Assembly (NCBI GenBank): GCA_964016885.1
Contig: OZ024740.1
Coordinates: 394,196,001-394,260,000, forward strand
DNA: 64,000 nt
From: Eledone cirrhosa
Lineage: Eukaryota
Reading direction: 5' to 3'
Within the stretch, counting starts at the first letter, position 1; the number at the start of each line of letters is the position of its first letter. This document shows, one piece after another, positions 25,755 to 39,018 of the stretch. A model generated the notes under the pieces. The model ran no database searches. It saw only the letters and a list, made by a program, of their open reading frames with translations, and had not been told where the DNA came from. Both the position numbers and the translations under genes were made by a program.

Positions 25755-27124
25755 ATCTACAACAACACGAATCCTAGCTCGCAACTGAGTTAAATGGAAG
25801 GAGGTGATACTCAACTACATCCTGCAGCACCCACACGAACCTGAAGAGTCAAGGGGGAAGAAAAGAAGAAATAATACGCATATTTTCCCCTCTAGAGCGA
25901 TCGACTGTTATTAATTTCTGTATTTGGGACGCTCAAAATTTCAAATATTCACACACACACACACATTTATATATACTTGGATCAGTTCCGTGTTTAGTAG
26001 TTCTCTTCTTTACCTTTTCACCAGGATATAAAAACCCAGAAAGGAAATTTCGGTCTCAAATGTGTGAAGATTATCTCAGCTAATTGAAGTTTTCCTAATC
26101 AACACAGTCAGGATGAGAATCTTTAATTATGTTTTCCCTTTTCCGATATCTTTAGATCTTACGATGGGAATATGCTTCGCTGAGGAGATCGAACAAAATC
26201 AAAATATGCCCGTGTTTTCCCCATGTCGGCTTTTAGACAAGATCTCTAACTACATTGACTGAAGAAGCTTAAATCAGTCAGGACTCTAGCAGTTATATCC
26301 CTAGCTTTCCTTCATAGTCAAACGTCCTAAAACACGTTTTTAGATTTTTTCCAGAATTATGAAAACAACAATAAATTTTAATGAAATATACAAAAAGTTA
26401 AAAAAAACAAACTTTATCGTGCTTATTACCTAATAAAGAACGGAATTCTCGGAATAACACGTAATTTTCTTCATTATGCCAAGGAATTTACTAATACAAT
26501 ATAAGGGCCCAAATTTATCGTTTTTTTTTTCCTTTTGAAAGTTGATTTAGTTGGCAACCCTACCAAGACGATTCCCCCTCCCAATCCACCCCTAACACTA
26601 CCACCAACAAAAACAACAACATATACACATACAAAAGATATACATAATACACATACACAAACACATATCTATACCACCAACACCAACACCAACACCAACA
26701 AAACTAGCAGCTAATGTCTTCAGTTTTAACCCAGTGACATAGCTAAATATTTATGTATTTATTTATCTATTTCCTCTATTGCCCTGATGAGAGAGAGTCT
26801 CCATTCGGTACCTGACGTCATGACACCGTCTTCGACATTGTTGTCTCCGTTTAACCGGAACTTACTAATCGATCGTTTATCTTTAGTTAAAAAGTAAAAC
26901 ACAAAAATAACAATAATAGAAATGTTGCACCCCCCCCAATACAAACCCCCATTTTCCTCGTCTCACTACTCACCATTCCACCACCAAACCCCCACCATAA
27001 ACCCCCACTATCACTTACATGTCACCGTCACCACTTCTAATATTAAACACACATACACACAGACAGACACACGCACATGTACATATATACGTAGATACAC
27101 ACATATTCAGAAACATACACACGC

Positions 27125-27184
<60 letters not shown>

Positions 27185-27239
27185 GCGCACACACGTGTAT
27201 ATATATTTATATATATACATTCACCCTCACCTTCAGCAC

Positions 27240-27610
27240 CACAGCCAACCCCACCACCACCATCACCACCATTATACCCACTACTATCACTACCACCATC
27301 ACCACCACCATCATACCCACCACCACCACCATCACCACCACCACTATCACCACCACCATCACCACCACCACCACCACCATCACCACCACCATCACCACCA
27401 ACATCACCACCAACACCACCACCACCATCACCACCACCATCACCACCAACATCACCACCACTACCACCACCACCATCACCACCACCACCATCACCACCAA
27501 CATCACCACCACTACCACCACCACCATCACCGCCACCACCAGCACCACCAGCACCATCACCACCAACACCACCGCCACCATCACCACCACCATCACCACC
27601 ACCACCACCG
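27240..27610. repeat. (CAC/CAT) trinucleotide low-complexity repeat
   Basis: Seen directly. It explains the poly-His, poly-Thr and poly-Pro ORFs. Confidence 0.95.
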
Positions 27611-27789
27611 TATTCGTTTGTTCATCTATCAAAACAACGATGAACAAATGCAGCCAAGCTGGTAGCGATATCGCACGATAGTTTACTATCGAACCGTCAC
27701 CTACAAACACTAGCACCACAAATATTACCACACTACCACACCACCACAATACCTCACCACCATCACACCTCCACTTTACCGAGTCAACT

Positions 27790-28000
27790 ATGTAGCTGCT
27801 TGTTGATCACTTGATTTACAAGAAATAGCAGCCAAATCTCCCTTAAATTCCAGTCTACTGTCTTAGAAAAGGATACATCGAATCATTTTTACATAGGGTT
27901 CCTGCACCTAGGCAAACCACAGGATGGTCATGATGAGAACACATTTTAATCATTGATCTGTATGATCAGAATTGGCCTGGGGTTAAACAACTTCAACAAC
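27790..28000 (+). mobile_element. Dispersed SINE-like repeat (family B); related pieces near 6520-6680, 29470-29670(-), 40140-40300 and 57670-57830(-)
   Basis: Shared motifs AGAAATAGCAGCCAAAT.TCCC..AAAT and GGATGGTCA...GATC...GGG.TAAACAAC. Confidence 0.6.
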
Positions 28001-28099
28001 ACAGGTAACATTGCCATAAGTAATCATTACAAAGAGCCAGTACATCTAAATCCAAACATTTCCACTACCGACACCACAAAGGGTGTCTCTATGTGGTCC

Positions 28100-29020
28100 C
28101 TCAACCAAATATTCCTGAAATCGAATACTACCATCTTAATTTTGGAGGTGGTTGATTTAATCCATTAACACATGTCCTTGCCTGGTTATAACGGAGTCCA
28201 CTATGTTGCAAGCATTCGGGTTAACTATCTGGTTTGGGAAGATTTTCTCTCGTCTGTTTATCCCAATAAAGTTTGACGACCTGTTAATGCATATGGGCAC
28301 CGATTTCCTTTTCCAAATTAAATATTTAAAAGTTTCAGGAGTGCTGATAGACAATCGTTGTCATTTCATGACCTAACCCATAAAGAACAACGATATTTGG
28401 AGTAAGCATTGACCCTTTGCCTGTACTTACTTTAGCGGCAAAGTGGCGGTCAATGCAGGGAGGATAAGCAATGATATGTGATCAAATGGAGTTTGCCTCT
28501 ACTTCCTGATGTCTGGCCATGATAAGCAATGATATGTGATCAAATGGAGTTTGCCTCCACTTCCTGATGTCTGGCCAACATTATAATGCAATCCTGAAAT
28601 TATACAACTTTGAAGGGGCAGAAAAGAAGTCATTCTTATTTGTAGACCAGGGCCAGTTACTGAACGTAAAATAGTAAAGGCTACTCGGACGGAAGTTTTT
28701 GTTTTCTGTAAATGAAAGCGAAAAATAGGTTGGCAGAACATAAGTGGCGACGCCAACGGAATCCCGAGGTGTAAACTGTATTCTGCAGACACTGCCTCCA
28801 TAATTCCATAGATTATAGCTCCAATGGTGGCCAAAATGGAAACAAAGGCAAACGGAATCGCCTCAATCTGTGTTATTGACGTCATTTCCTGTAGCACAGA
28901 AGCGGCCAGAAGCTCCGAGTCGCAAGCAACGCCATCACATCGTTGTGCAGATATTGACAGGGGATGAGGTTTGGTTAAAGTTAGGAAAGCACCAGTGAAG
29001 ACAAGAAAAGGAGGAAGAAA
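28100..29020 (+). pseudogene. Highly degraded LINE RT 3' region containing a 58-bp tandem duplication (28463-28577)
   Basis: The plus strand reads QIKYLKVSGVLIDNRCHF, resembling the KYLGV.ID motif. The block is GC-richer than its flanks and the duplication is seen directly. Confidence 0.35.
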
Positions 29021-31028
29021 ATAAGGAAGAATATGCCCTAACTTTATGAGTGGGTCACCCATTTTTGTTTCATTAAATGTTATACCTCTTTTAATATATT
29101 GTATTATATTATCTTCACCATCTCCCTGTTTATTATATTTTGGGCATTCCAGCATATTTTGAAGACTTTTTGTCAGACACGTTTATATTATTCAACTTAG
29201 ATCCTTGTGGGTAATAGCGCCAGGATTTTTATTAGTATCATTATTGATGTCATTATTCAGAGCGGTAGATTGACAGTATCGCTAGGGCATCGAACAACAT
29301 TCTTTGCAGTGTGTAGTTATGGCCCTTTACGTTTCGCCAAGGTTAGCTTTTACATTGAACCTTACGGGTTCGATGAAATAAAGTACCAGTAATGCACTGG
29401 AGTCGATTTAAATCGACTTTCTCATTTTCTTCAAATTGCTAGTCTTGTGCTAGAATTAATCATTGATATAGTTATTTAGCCCTCGGGTAGCAGTGATAAA
29501 ACTTAAGATCAAAAATGTTCAAACCGTGACCATCCCATCTTTGTTTTGATGTATTAATATATCTAAGTTATAATATATCTAGAAGTATATTATTCTGAAT
29601 ACGTTTCCTTCCCCTAGAGGGTAATTTTTAAGGTAATTTGGCTGCTATTGCTATCATATAGAACAACAACACTCAAGCCAGTCTTTTCGTAGTGGTGATA
29701 GTAATGGTTGTGGTAGCAGTGGTGGTGACGCTGGTGATAGTAATAATGATGGTGGTTGTGTTCGTCATAGTCTGGTAGTAATTCATTTAGCTTTATTTTT
29801 ATTCATTTTATTTCATTTATTATAATTATGATTATTATTGTTATGATGCATAATATGTTTTTTTTTTTTCCGACAAGAAATTTAAATCTTCCACTGGATA
29901 CAATCTTATATTGATTGGATATTGACTAGACTATAGACATTCGACAGTATGCAAAGATTTAAATATGGCTTTCCGTTTTGGTTATGCAATGATAAACGGA
30001 GGAAGCAACTAGCAATGAAAGCTTAGCGATAACATATTTTTCTATGGGGAAAGTCGATTATCCGAGTTGAATATTTTATTTTTATTTAATCCTTTTCGGT
30101 AATCTGTCGCCACTTCTATTCAGACTGCTGGCATCAATATAATCTATATAGTTATCAGTTTTATAACATTTCATTCTATTAAGATGGAGAAAATAAATGC
30201 AAGCTGGAAATTATATGATATGTATAAGTAATGGGTATGTATGTGCATCTATATATATGTGCGTGTGTGAGTGTGAGTGTGTGAGTGTGTGTGTGTGTAA
30301 TAATATTTCGGTTTGAGGAAAGGAGGACGAATTGCCGTTGTCCACACATTAAGCTTAGACATTTTCAACACAAACATCATCCTCCGTAAGAGAATAATTG
30401 CTGTGATATATAGCAATAGTAACAACAGCAAAAATATTATTTCTTTCTCACATAAAGCACAAAGACAGAAATTTTAAGAGAGGAGTTAGTCGATTATATC
30501 AACCTCAGTACTTGTCTGATACTTTATTTTAATGATACCAGAAAGATAAAAGACAGTGACGAAATTTGATCTCAGGATGTAAAGACTCAAAGCAAACGCC
30601 CCCAAAACATGTCGTCGCTCTAATAATTCTACCATGTTACCCTCCTTTCTGGAAGGATGAAAGGCAAAGTTGACTTCGGTGAGAATTGAATTCAGAAGAT
30701 AAAGAGTCGGAACAAATACCCCCCCTTCGTAATGGTTCATAATTTAGACACAAAAGAAAGAATCTTTTCGGGGATAGAGTCGAGTTAATGACACCACTAG
30801 TTGGTTGTTTTGTATCAGGAAGAACGAAAGTCAAATTAAACTGCATCAGGATTTGAACTTAGAACATAAACAACGGGACAAATGCCACAAGGTATTTTGA
30901 CCTACACTTTAACGGTTCTGCTAATTCATCGCTGTTAATGATAACCATTTCAAAATAATAATGGTTTTAACATCAGCAGTATTGTCGGCCATATAAATAA
31001 TAGTAATGATGCGAAATAATACGCCCCA

Positions 31029-31100
31029 TCAGGTGTGACAGACTTGCAGATGACCTTGGCTGTGAACTTCCAAGGTCATCTGCAAGTCTGTCATATCTGA
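31029..31100 (+). other. 72-nt hairpin with a 31-bp stem and 10-nt loop
   Basis: TCAGGTGTGACAGACTTGCAGATGACCTTGG-ctgtgaactt-CCAAGGTCATCTGCAAGTCTGTCATATCTGA. The only two non-Watson-Crick pairs are G-U on the + strand. Confidence 0.9.
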
Positions 31101-31357
31101 ACTAGGAGAAGAACTCAGCCCCGTGCAGCTAGGGGTCGGCGAGGTAAGGGGTGCGAAGGGATCTCCCATGTTGCTCGATTGCAGAGCAAGTTTTACCGTT
31201 CACTTCAATAAAGACACACCCATTATCTCTAACTGTCGATTCCACTTACATTAGAGACACAAGCTAATAAACTACCTTTATATTTATCTACACCCACCAT
31301 TGAAATAGTGACACATCCTTCACACAAACACACACACATACACACACACATATGTAT

Positions 31358-31512
<155 letters not shown>

Positions 31513-31843
31513 TACTTGAATCTATGTCCTTCAAGCAACCACAAATACTGCCATTATAATCATTTAGCAAAGCTTAAGTATAAACACTTCCCATACATTT
31601 ATCTACCTCCATTTAATTATAAACACAACTCTATCTAGTTCTACTCATATATAACCACTTCACATTATATCTATTTTCACTCAAATACAGAGGATCACGT
31701 ACATCTATCTGTCCTACACACAAATACCGAACACTCTCTTAGATATCTATATCTATCACTTCCCATGTACGCCACCAATTTTCTGTCTCCCTACTTTATA
31801 TACTATCTTTACAAATTATCCCGTGTAATTGTGTTGATGTGAT

Positions 31844-31902
<59 letters not shown>

Positions 31903-31942
31903 TACTTTGGGAGGGTCATGTTGCCAATAACAAATTCAGAAA

Positions 31943-32003
<61 letters not shown>

Positions 32004-32349
32004 ATAATTATGTAATAAAATATATTAATAATATATATTAATAAAATATATTAAAATAACAGATTAAAGTTTAAGCAAAGAATCGTTGCTTTCACCCTTA
32101 ACCAAAATTAAATTAAGGATGTCATGTCTGAGAAACATGCGCCTTACCACCTGTAGAAATAAGCTCAAAGATTCTAAGGAATAAATCCAAGCATTTAATT
32201 ACCATTAAATTAAAATTGATATATATATATATACATATATATAAAATATATATATAAAGGAACGATCGACTTTCGTCAAATCGGACCGAAGGAACAATGT
32301 TTCCGTTGGTCTTTCCAATTGCTAATACTATCTATCGGTTGCAACTCCA

Positions 32350-32473
32350 GGTAGAAGGAGCAACGTGAAATAAAGTGTCTTACTCAAGGACATAACGCAT
32401 CACCTGGTCCAGGAATCGAACTCACAACCTTAGGTGTGCGAATCCAATTCTCTAACCACTCAGCCACACGCCT
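32350..32473 (-). mobile_element. tRNA-derived SINE head of a different family (CORE-like body)
   Basis: Minus strand: GGCGTGTGGCTGAGTGGTTAG (A box), GAGTTCGATTCC (B box), then GTCCTTGAGTAAGACACTTTATTTCAC. Confidence 0.75.
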
Positions 32474-32474
32474 T

Positions 32475-32520
<46 letters not shown>

Positions 32521-34070
32521 TTACATGAAACAAAGTTCTGTTTAAATCATTTATCTGCTTACAATTGTTTCTTCCAAACCGAGGTTTGGAGTCTTCGGAG
32601 CAATTATTCAGTGATTTTTAACATACTTGACCTCCTTTTCAACACAAGAGACATATAGAAACATATGTATATATTGACCCACAATGGGTTGACATCCATT
32701 ATAATAATATAGCATGGTAATTTACATACAAAGATTACAGTCATATTAAAGGACAAAATTAAAATTAAAATAAAACATTGGCAGTCTACTAAGATAAAGC
32801 AAAAGGAAAGTTTGGAGTAGTCAGTGTATGCAACAGTCACACGTGTGGCATGCACGCGTGTGCTATTTATACAAGATTATAGCGCGGCAGATTGTTACAA
32901 GTAAAACAAGCAGTCAAAGCAGGCAAAGAGCATCAGGGGGTGAACTGGTTAAGCATTATTTACACACACCTGTACGATATAGAAGCCCGTGTGTGGAGAA
33001 ACACCAAACATATCAAAAATATTACAAATGAGAAGCACAACAGCACCACTGTCCTCGTACACACCACCACTCTCACAATCCAGGAAACGCAATTTATAGA
33101 CTACATGTCCATCTCACAATCCACGATGATTCAACATTGGGTGCCTGGTGAGCTATGCTAGAACATCACAGCTTGTCGTTCTTTAATTCGATTCCATAGA
33201 GTAGGTTGTTTTTGTTGTGAGAGATGACATCGTATTATATTCCGGAAGTGTGTGTGTGATCAAGGGGAGTTAATGCGTAAGGGGAGGTAACTAGCTGATT
33301 TCTATAGTTACATTTATTATCCTAAAGTACATTAATGGTGTCTCAAATGAGTTCCCATCATATAAGGTTATAAACAATTTCTAAATTTAAGTATCCTATC
33401 TATAAATTACAGTGTTGTCTATCGAGAAGTACTAAAGGTGTTCATATTAGGATGAATACCTTTTATCATAGAGTGCCCCCACCGAACATTCCACATGAAG
33501 AGTCAGATCTCCAAATCAATGATCTTTGTAAGTGTAGTCCACCCGCAGGACCTGGCAGGATCTTATTAGAATCTCTTCCATATATGACTCCTGGTAAGTT
33601 CTGGGTCATTGCACGACTGATTGCATGGTAAAGTTAAATATCACTAGGGTAGTCCAGAGATCAATTCTCACTCACAAAGACACTGATCTGACCATCAAGC
33701 TATACATGTATTTATAACTCATATATCACCTGTACATAATTCATTGCACTCAGCATATAGATTATATAGCTCTTTTATGTTAATAAATTAATTACTTAAT
33801 CTTCTGTTCATCCAATGATGGCACTACATACACAGGACAATGTTAGCACAACCAATTCCGTGCTTAAAGTTTACATTGGTGTAATGTAGTCTAAGCAATT
33901 GAAGGCCAATATACCAAAGTAGAAGTACATGGGGATATCTCCAAGGTAAAAGGTACTAGGAGGATGTCACTATTTGCGTTAAAGAGGAATAATGGGTGTG
34001 GAGATGAGGTGTAAGGTGTGCCCCTGATGATTGCTGCTAGAGGTGGTGACGGGTTCAAGTCTGACATTGT

Positions 34071-35537
34071 TATATATTGGGTTTAAAGTTTTGGAAGGAG
34101 TGTCGGAAGCGGTGTTGGCAAGACGCGAACACTTCTGATTTTTTTATTAAGGAGGTTATGGTTTGAGAAGATGATAGTATGGGTCTCTAGTAGACAGAGG
34201 TTACAAAATTTATTAGGTGGTTTGTACGATGACGCGTTACCTATCACTTCCCATTTAAGTGTATATGGTTTATTTTTAGTTTTTAGATAGTGTATATAGC
34301 TAGATAGAGAAGTGGAGTTGGCTAGACTGTGTTTTTTGAAAGAGTGGAGGTGCGAATTGTATCTGGTTTTGAAGCAGTTTAAAGTAGAGCCTATATAGGT
34401 TTCAGAAGAGTTGCTAGTTGTGACTGTGCATGAGTATATGATATCCTTGGTTAAGCATTTTTTATCTAAAGGGCAGATTCTATTTGATCTACAGTTACAA
34501 TTATTCTGGGTGTTAATCTGCCGGTTATTATGTTGTGTAGAAGTCTGGATGGTAGCTATAGGGTTATGGTTATGTGGGTTGACGTTCCCAGCGTTATTGT
34601 TTACACTAGTGTTATTACTATTATTTCTATTGATATTAGGGTTAGTTGCTATAATGTTATTTTGAAGGTTTATCGTCTGTTGTGATTTAGTTTGCTGGAA
34701 GTAAGAATTAATTTTTCTTTTATTGCTACTAGCTATGTGGTATGCTATGTTAGGCATAGTAGAGTAGGAGATTTTAATAGTGTTTTTGTTTAAAAGGCTA
34801 TGGTACTTATGGCCGGATGGGAAGTTTTTATCTAGTAGTGAGAAGAAAGCCCTAGGTAGGTTGGTAGAGACGTTTAGATTGAAAGGAGGGTTGAAAAATG
34901 TATCATTTCTTCTTCTATTTTTGTTTTTTATGTCTGGTGAGTTGTTTCCTTTTATGGTACTATGGTAATTTCTGTGGTGTGGGTTATTTTTGTTTGCATC
35001 TTCCGTATTAGTGTGTGTGTGGTTGCTATTCCTATTCCTAAATTTCCTCATGGACATGTTGTGCGAAATAATGTTGTAGCTATGTGTTTTTGTAGGTAGT
35101 AACTCGATCTCTATATTATGGCCTGATCTAGCTAATGCCTGATTATAATATTGCGAGTTTTTGCTAAATATGTTTACGTCATAGGATAGATTAGAGATTC
35201 TATTAGATACTCCCTTAGAGATAGAGTTTAATATAGATCTAGGGTGGTTAGACTTGGTATCTACGTAAATGAGTTTTTCCTTAGGTTTGTGGAAAGGTGC
35301 ATATATCTTTGAGTCTAGGTAGAGTGTGGCGTCCAGGAAGTTAACGTTTTTAGTGTTTTTGTCCATGGTAATACTAAGGTTATAGTTTTTGAATGTCTTG
35401 TGCAATAGTTTTCTAGTTCTTTCTATATTGAATTTTTTATAATCTATAAGTAGAAGTGCATCATCGCGGTACAAACCACCGTTGAGGTATGGAAGGTCCT
35501 TATGGATTTCGTTAAGTAAATATAGGCCGACTAAATC

Positions 35538-35538
<1 letters not shown>
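34071..35538 (-). mobile_element. Penelope-like element, Naiad-type, 5'-truncated (RT C-half, linker, GIY-YIG endonuclease)
   Basis: DLVGLYLL, GLYRDD, VNFLD, SNHP, FNPPF, KISYSTMPN, CxCx5Cx5C (CNCRSNRICPLDKKC), IIY..YIGST..FKTRY..H and CNLCLLE. An extra A in an A-run near 34141 frameshifts the conserved LNKKSEVFASCQH end. The 5' truncation point abuts (TA)n. Confidence 0.92.
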
Positions 35539-35569
<31 letters not shown>

Positions 35570-35677
35570 AACACATCAACACAATACACGGGATAATTTG
35601 TAAAGATAGTATATATATATATAATGTCAATCATTGTAAGTTTGAATCTAACATGCAAAGACATATATATATATGAA

Positions 35678-35795
35678 TAATTGTTTCTACTTTTGGCACC
35701 CGGTCAGCAATTACCCACTGCATTACTGGTACTTTATTTTATCGACCCCGTAAGGATGAATGGCAAAGTTAACCTCGGCGGGATTTGAACTCAGA
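35678..35795 (-). mobile_element. 5'-truncated SINE (family A)
   Basis: Family A body, with target-site duplication ATATGAATAAT on both sides. Confidence 0.85.
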
Positions 35796-35954
35796 AAGAT
35801 ATGAATAATGTAAGCCCAAATCATAGTAGATTCAAATATCAGAGAGAAAGAGAGGGTGGGAGGAGAAATGGGATGTAATATAGACTACAGGATAAAATAT
35901 AGTCTAGATATATGAGAAACAAAACGAGGATGTAGTTTATGGAACACCCAAATG

Positions 35955-36420
35955 ATTTAGAAGTCGACCTTAAGTAGGAGCAATAACATTAAGAAAGACA
36001 TGAACGACACCATATGATTTTGTCTTGAAAATTTTGAAAGTAGGTTTATAAGTATGAATTTTCAGTAGATTTTCGTAGCTGTCTCAGTGGACTAGCGGTA
36101 GGTACTAGAGACGGTAGAGCTCGTGGTCTTGGGTTCAATCCTGGTCCAGAAGTACATGTAATCTTTTTCAGTTTTTATTTTACATCCGATAGAAAAAAAC
36201 TGAAAAGGTTTACCGGAAACCCTACTCCCGACAAGGATCGAACTTCAGACCAGGAATACCACCGTTTATGCTTCCTCCAACTAGGCTGCTGAGACAGCTA
36301 CGAAAATATAATGAAAATAAATAATTATAAACCTACTTTCAAAATCAAAGTCAAAAGTGGTGGTGTTGTTCATGGCTTTCCTAGAGCTATTAGTCATATT
36401 AAGCGTCGACTTGTCAATCT
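35955..36420. repeat. Diverged fold-back element with a tRNA-like Pol III unit in each arm
   Basis: TTTTGAAAGTAGGTTTATAA...TTTTCGTAGCTGTCTCAG is mirrored by CTGAGACAGCTACGAAAA...TTATAAACCTACTTTCAAAA. The + arm has an A box (TGGACTAGCGG) and B box (GGTTCAATCC); the - arm has AGTTCGATCC. Confidence 0.75.
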
Positions 36421-36622
36421 TCTGGCTCTTTGGTAACAACCTTATTATTCCTATGTGTGTTTAACTGTTGAATTAATTTAATTTGATTATTTTAACAAAC
36501 AAATAATATATATACAATGTCAATTAGATCCTAGGCATTTTTGTACAAGTTGAAAACATCTTATGCATACATATATATAATTCTATATATACACATGTAC
36601 ATTTACACATATACACGCACTT

Positions 36623-36658
<36 letters not shown>

Positions 36659-36957
36659 GAAAGTATAGAAATTATTGTGAGCATGAAGCCAACAGTATTT
36701 CATAATATATAAGTGTCTATAACTTTATATATATAAATATAAGACCAAAGGTCATTATTGAAAGTCTCTGGATTTCGCAAAATACATAATATCTTCTATT
36801 GGAGAATGTAAGATATTTTCCCGCAAACAGTTGATTGGACTGTTTTGTTTCCACTTATGTATTTTTTGAAATGGTATTTATTCATTATAAAAATTCTATA
36901 TATAGGTGGGCCCTCTTCATCTCTTAGCACCCAATATTTTTAGACCCAATCCGCCAT

Positions 36958-37094
<137 letters not shown>

Positions 37095-37945
37095 GTTTTT
37101 AATCTTTCAAACATTTAATGACTAACGATCGTTTCATCCTAGCACAAGGAAGATAGCATCGGAGTTATTACAAAAGTTAAACACAAATATAGGATCAAAT
37201 ATTGCTTCACGAACATTTGGAGGATACATATTATGAGAGGTTTCATAAGCTGCTCTGTATTATACTTGTTATATTATATCGAGCAGTATTCATACTTATA
37301 ATTAGATAATATTTAATATTACTCACCATATATATATATATATATTTAATACATTAACAGAGAAAGCTTTAAGCAATACTCCGATCGGCCCCCGTCTCAC
37401 TCAACAAACATTAGGATATACCTTAGTATAATCCCAATTATACGTTTGGGGTGCTAACTATACGTATTTTGCGGATAGCCAGTTGTATTATTTTATATGA
37501 GACATAATTAAAATACATCTCTCTTTCCAAACGATCGCCTCACTACAAGCTTTCTACAAATTGGGAAAACAATGTCCAGGCCATGCAGAAGCCCACACAT
37601 AGTCCGCAGGAACATATGTAGGTGGGCACTCACAAATCATCAGTGGATGCTCGACAAACATCGATATAAAAAAAAAAACCTACCGATATTAATGTTCAGC
37701 GATGGCACCCCTCCGCGCCAGAATGACCGCCAAATTTGAAATTCCAGCAGTTTCACAATGAGAAATCCCACACTGCCACCAAGCGGAAAGGGGTGGTCAT
37801 CGCAAAACATAAAAGAATAAAACAATATGCACGCGGGTCAATTAATTCCTTCAATAATTCCAACCATGCGTGAAGAACTCAATTGGATACAAAAAATAAA
37901 TATATGCATGTATTATTTATACACGCATATAGGTATTTTCTTAGG

Positions 37946-38230
<285 letters not shown>

Positions 38231-38529
38231 AGTACAACACATAAGTTTTGTCTGTGTGTAAGGAAACGAAGTTGTAAACATTTGGATGGATTCTTCAGTC
38301 AAAGATCGATATGGCTATCTTCATTTCTTTAAGTGTGCTTCACAGATTCCTTTAACAAATTTACTTGCAGTTTGTGAAATCGCCTTTTGCATTTTAATAT
38401 ATTTCAAACTTTTCTTTTTTTCCAATTTTCATACCGTATTATTGCTATTTTCTTAATCTCATTATGTATTACAGTCATAGACTTTACATTCGCTACAGTA
38501 ATTTTTGAAAAATCCTCTCACGTACACTT

Positions 38530-38614
<85 letters not shown>

Positions 38615-38982
38615 ATATATATATATATACACATATATATATATACATATGTTCATTGATATTTTGACTCACGTAGAAGATACACACATGAACATACATA
38701 TATATATTCATAAAAACATAACTTTATATGACCGAGTGAATCATCTGTTTCGGACAAAAAGTATATACACATCTGCACACAACCATTCTCTCTCTGACTC
38801 TCTGTCTCCCCCCTCTCTCATACACACACTCTCTCTCTCATTCTATTTATATATATGTACAAATGTGTGTGTGTGTGTGTGTGTAAGTAAGAAAGAAAGC
38901 ATTCATGTATGTGTGTGAGGATATATATTTGCATGTACGTATGTGCGTGTGTGTATACACACATACACACACACACACACAC

Positions 38983-39018
<36 letters not shown>

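Noticed and set aside
26785-26815. CTGATGA followed by a small hairpin; similar cases near 24928, 26258, 34024 and 53849
   Set aside because: There is no correctly placed GAAA with stems II and III.
26922-27749. Poly-His, extensin-like or mucin-like ORFs
   Set aside because: These are frames of a (CAC/CAT)n repeat joined to (TA)n.
28499-29155. 218-aa minus-strand ORF with hydrophobic segments
   Set aside because: It has no recognisable domain, runs into a tandem duplication, and is more simply the antisense of a decayed LINE.
33472-33593. Plus-strand segment with an AG acceptor and two GTAAGT donors
   Set aside because: It has no homology support, lies beside the PLE 3' region, and is on the opposite strand to the other exon candidates.
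34000-34075. SECIS element downstream of the Naiad-type ORF
   Set aside because: There is no AUGA/GA quartet pattern after the stop and no in-frame UGA in the visible ORF.
36076-36146. Functional tRNA gene (also the SINE heads elsewhere)
   Set aside because: A and B boxes are present but I could not form a full cloverleaf. These are repeat-derived heads.
37119-37170. Degenerate hammerhead remnants here (minus strand) and at about 42345-42465 and 50935-51020
   Set aside because: GAAA and stem III are visible but the core or stem I is broken, so they are too weak to call.
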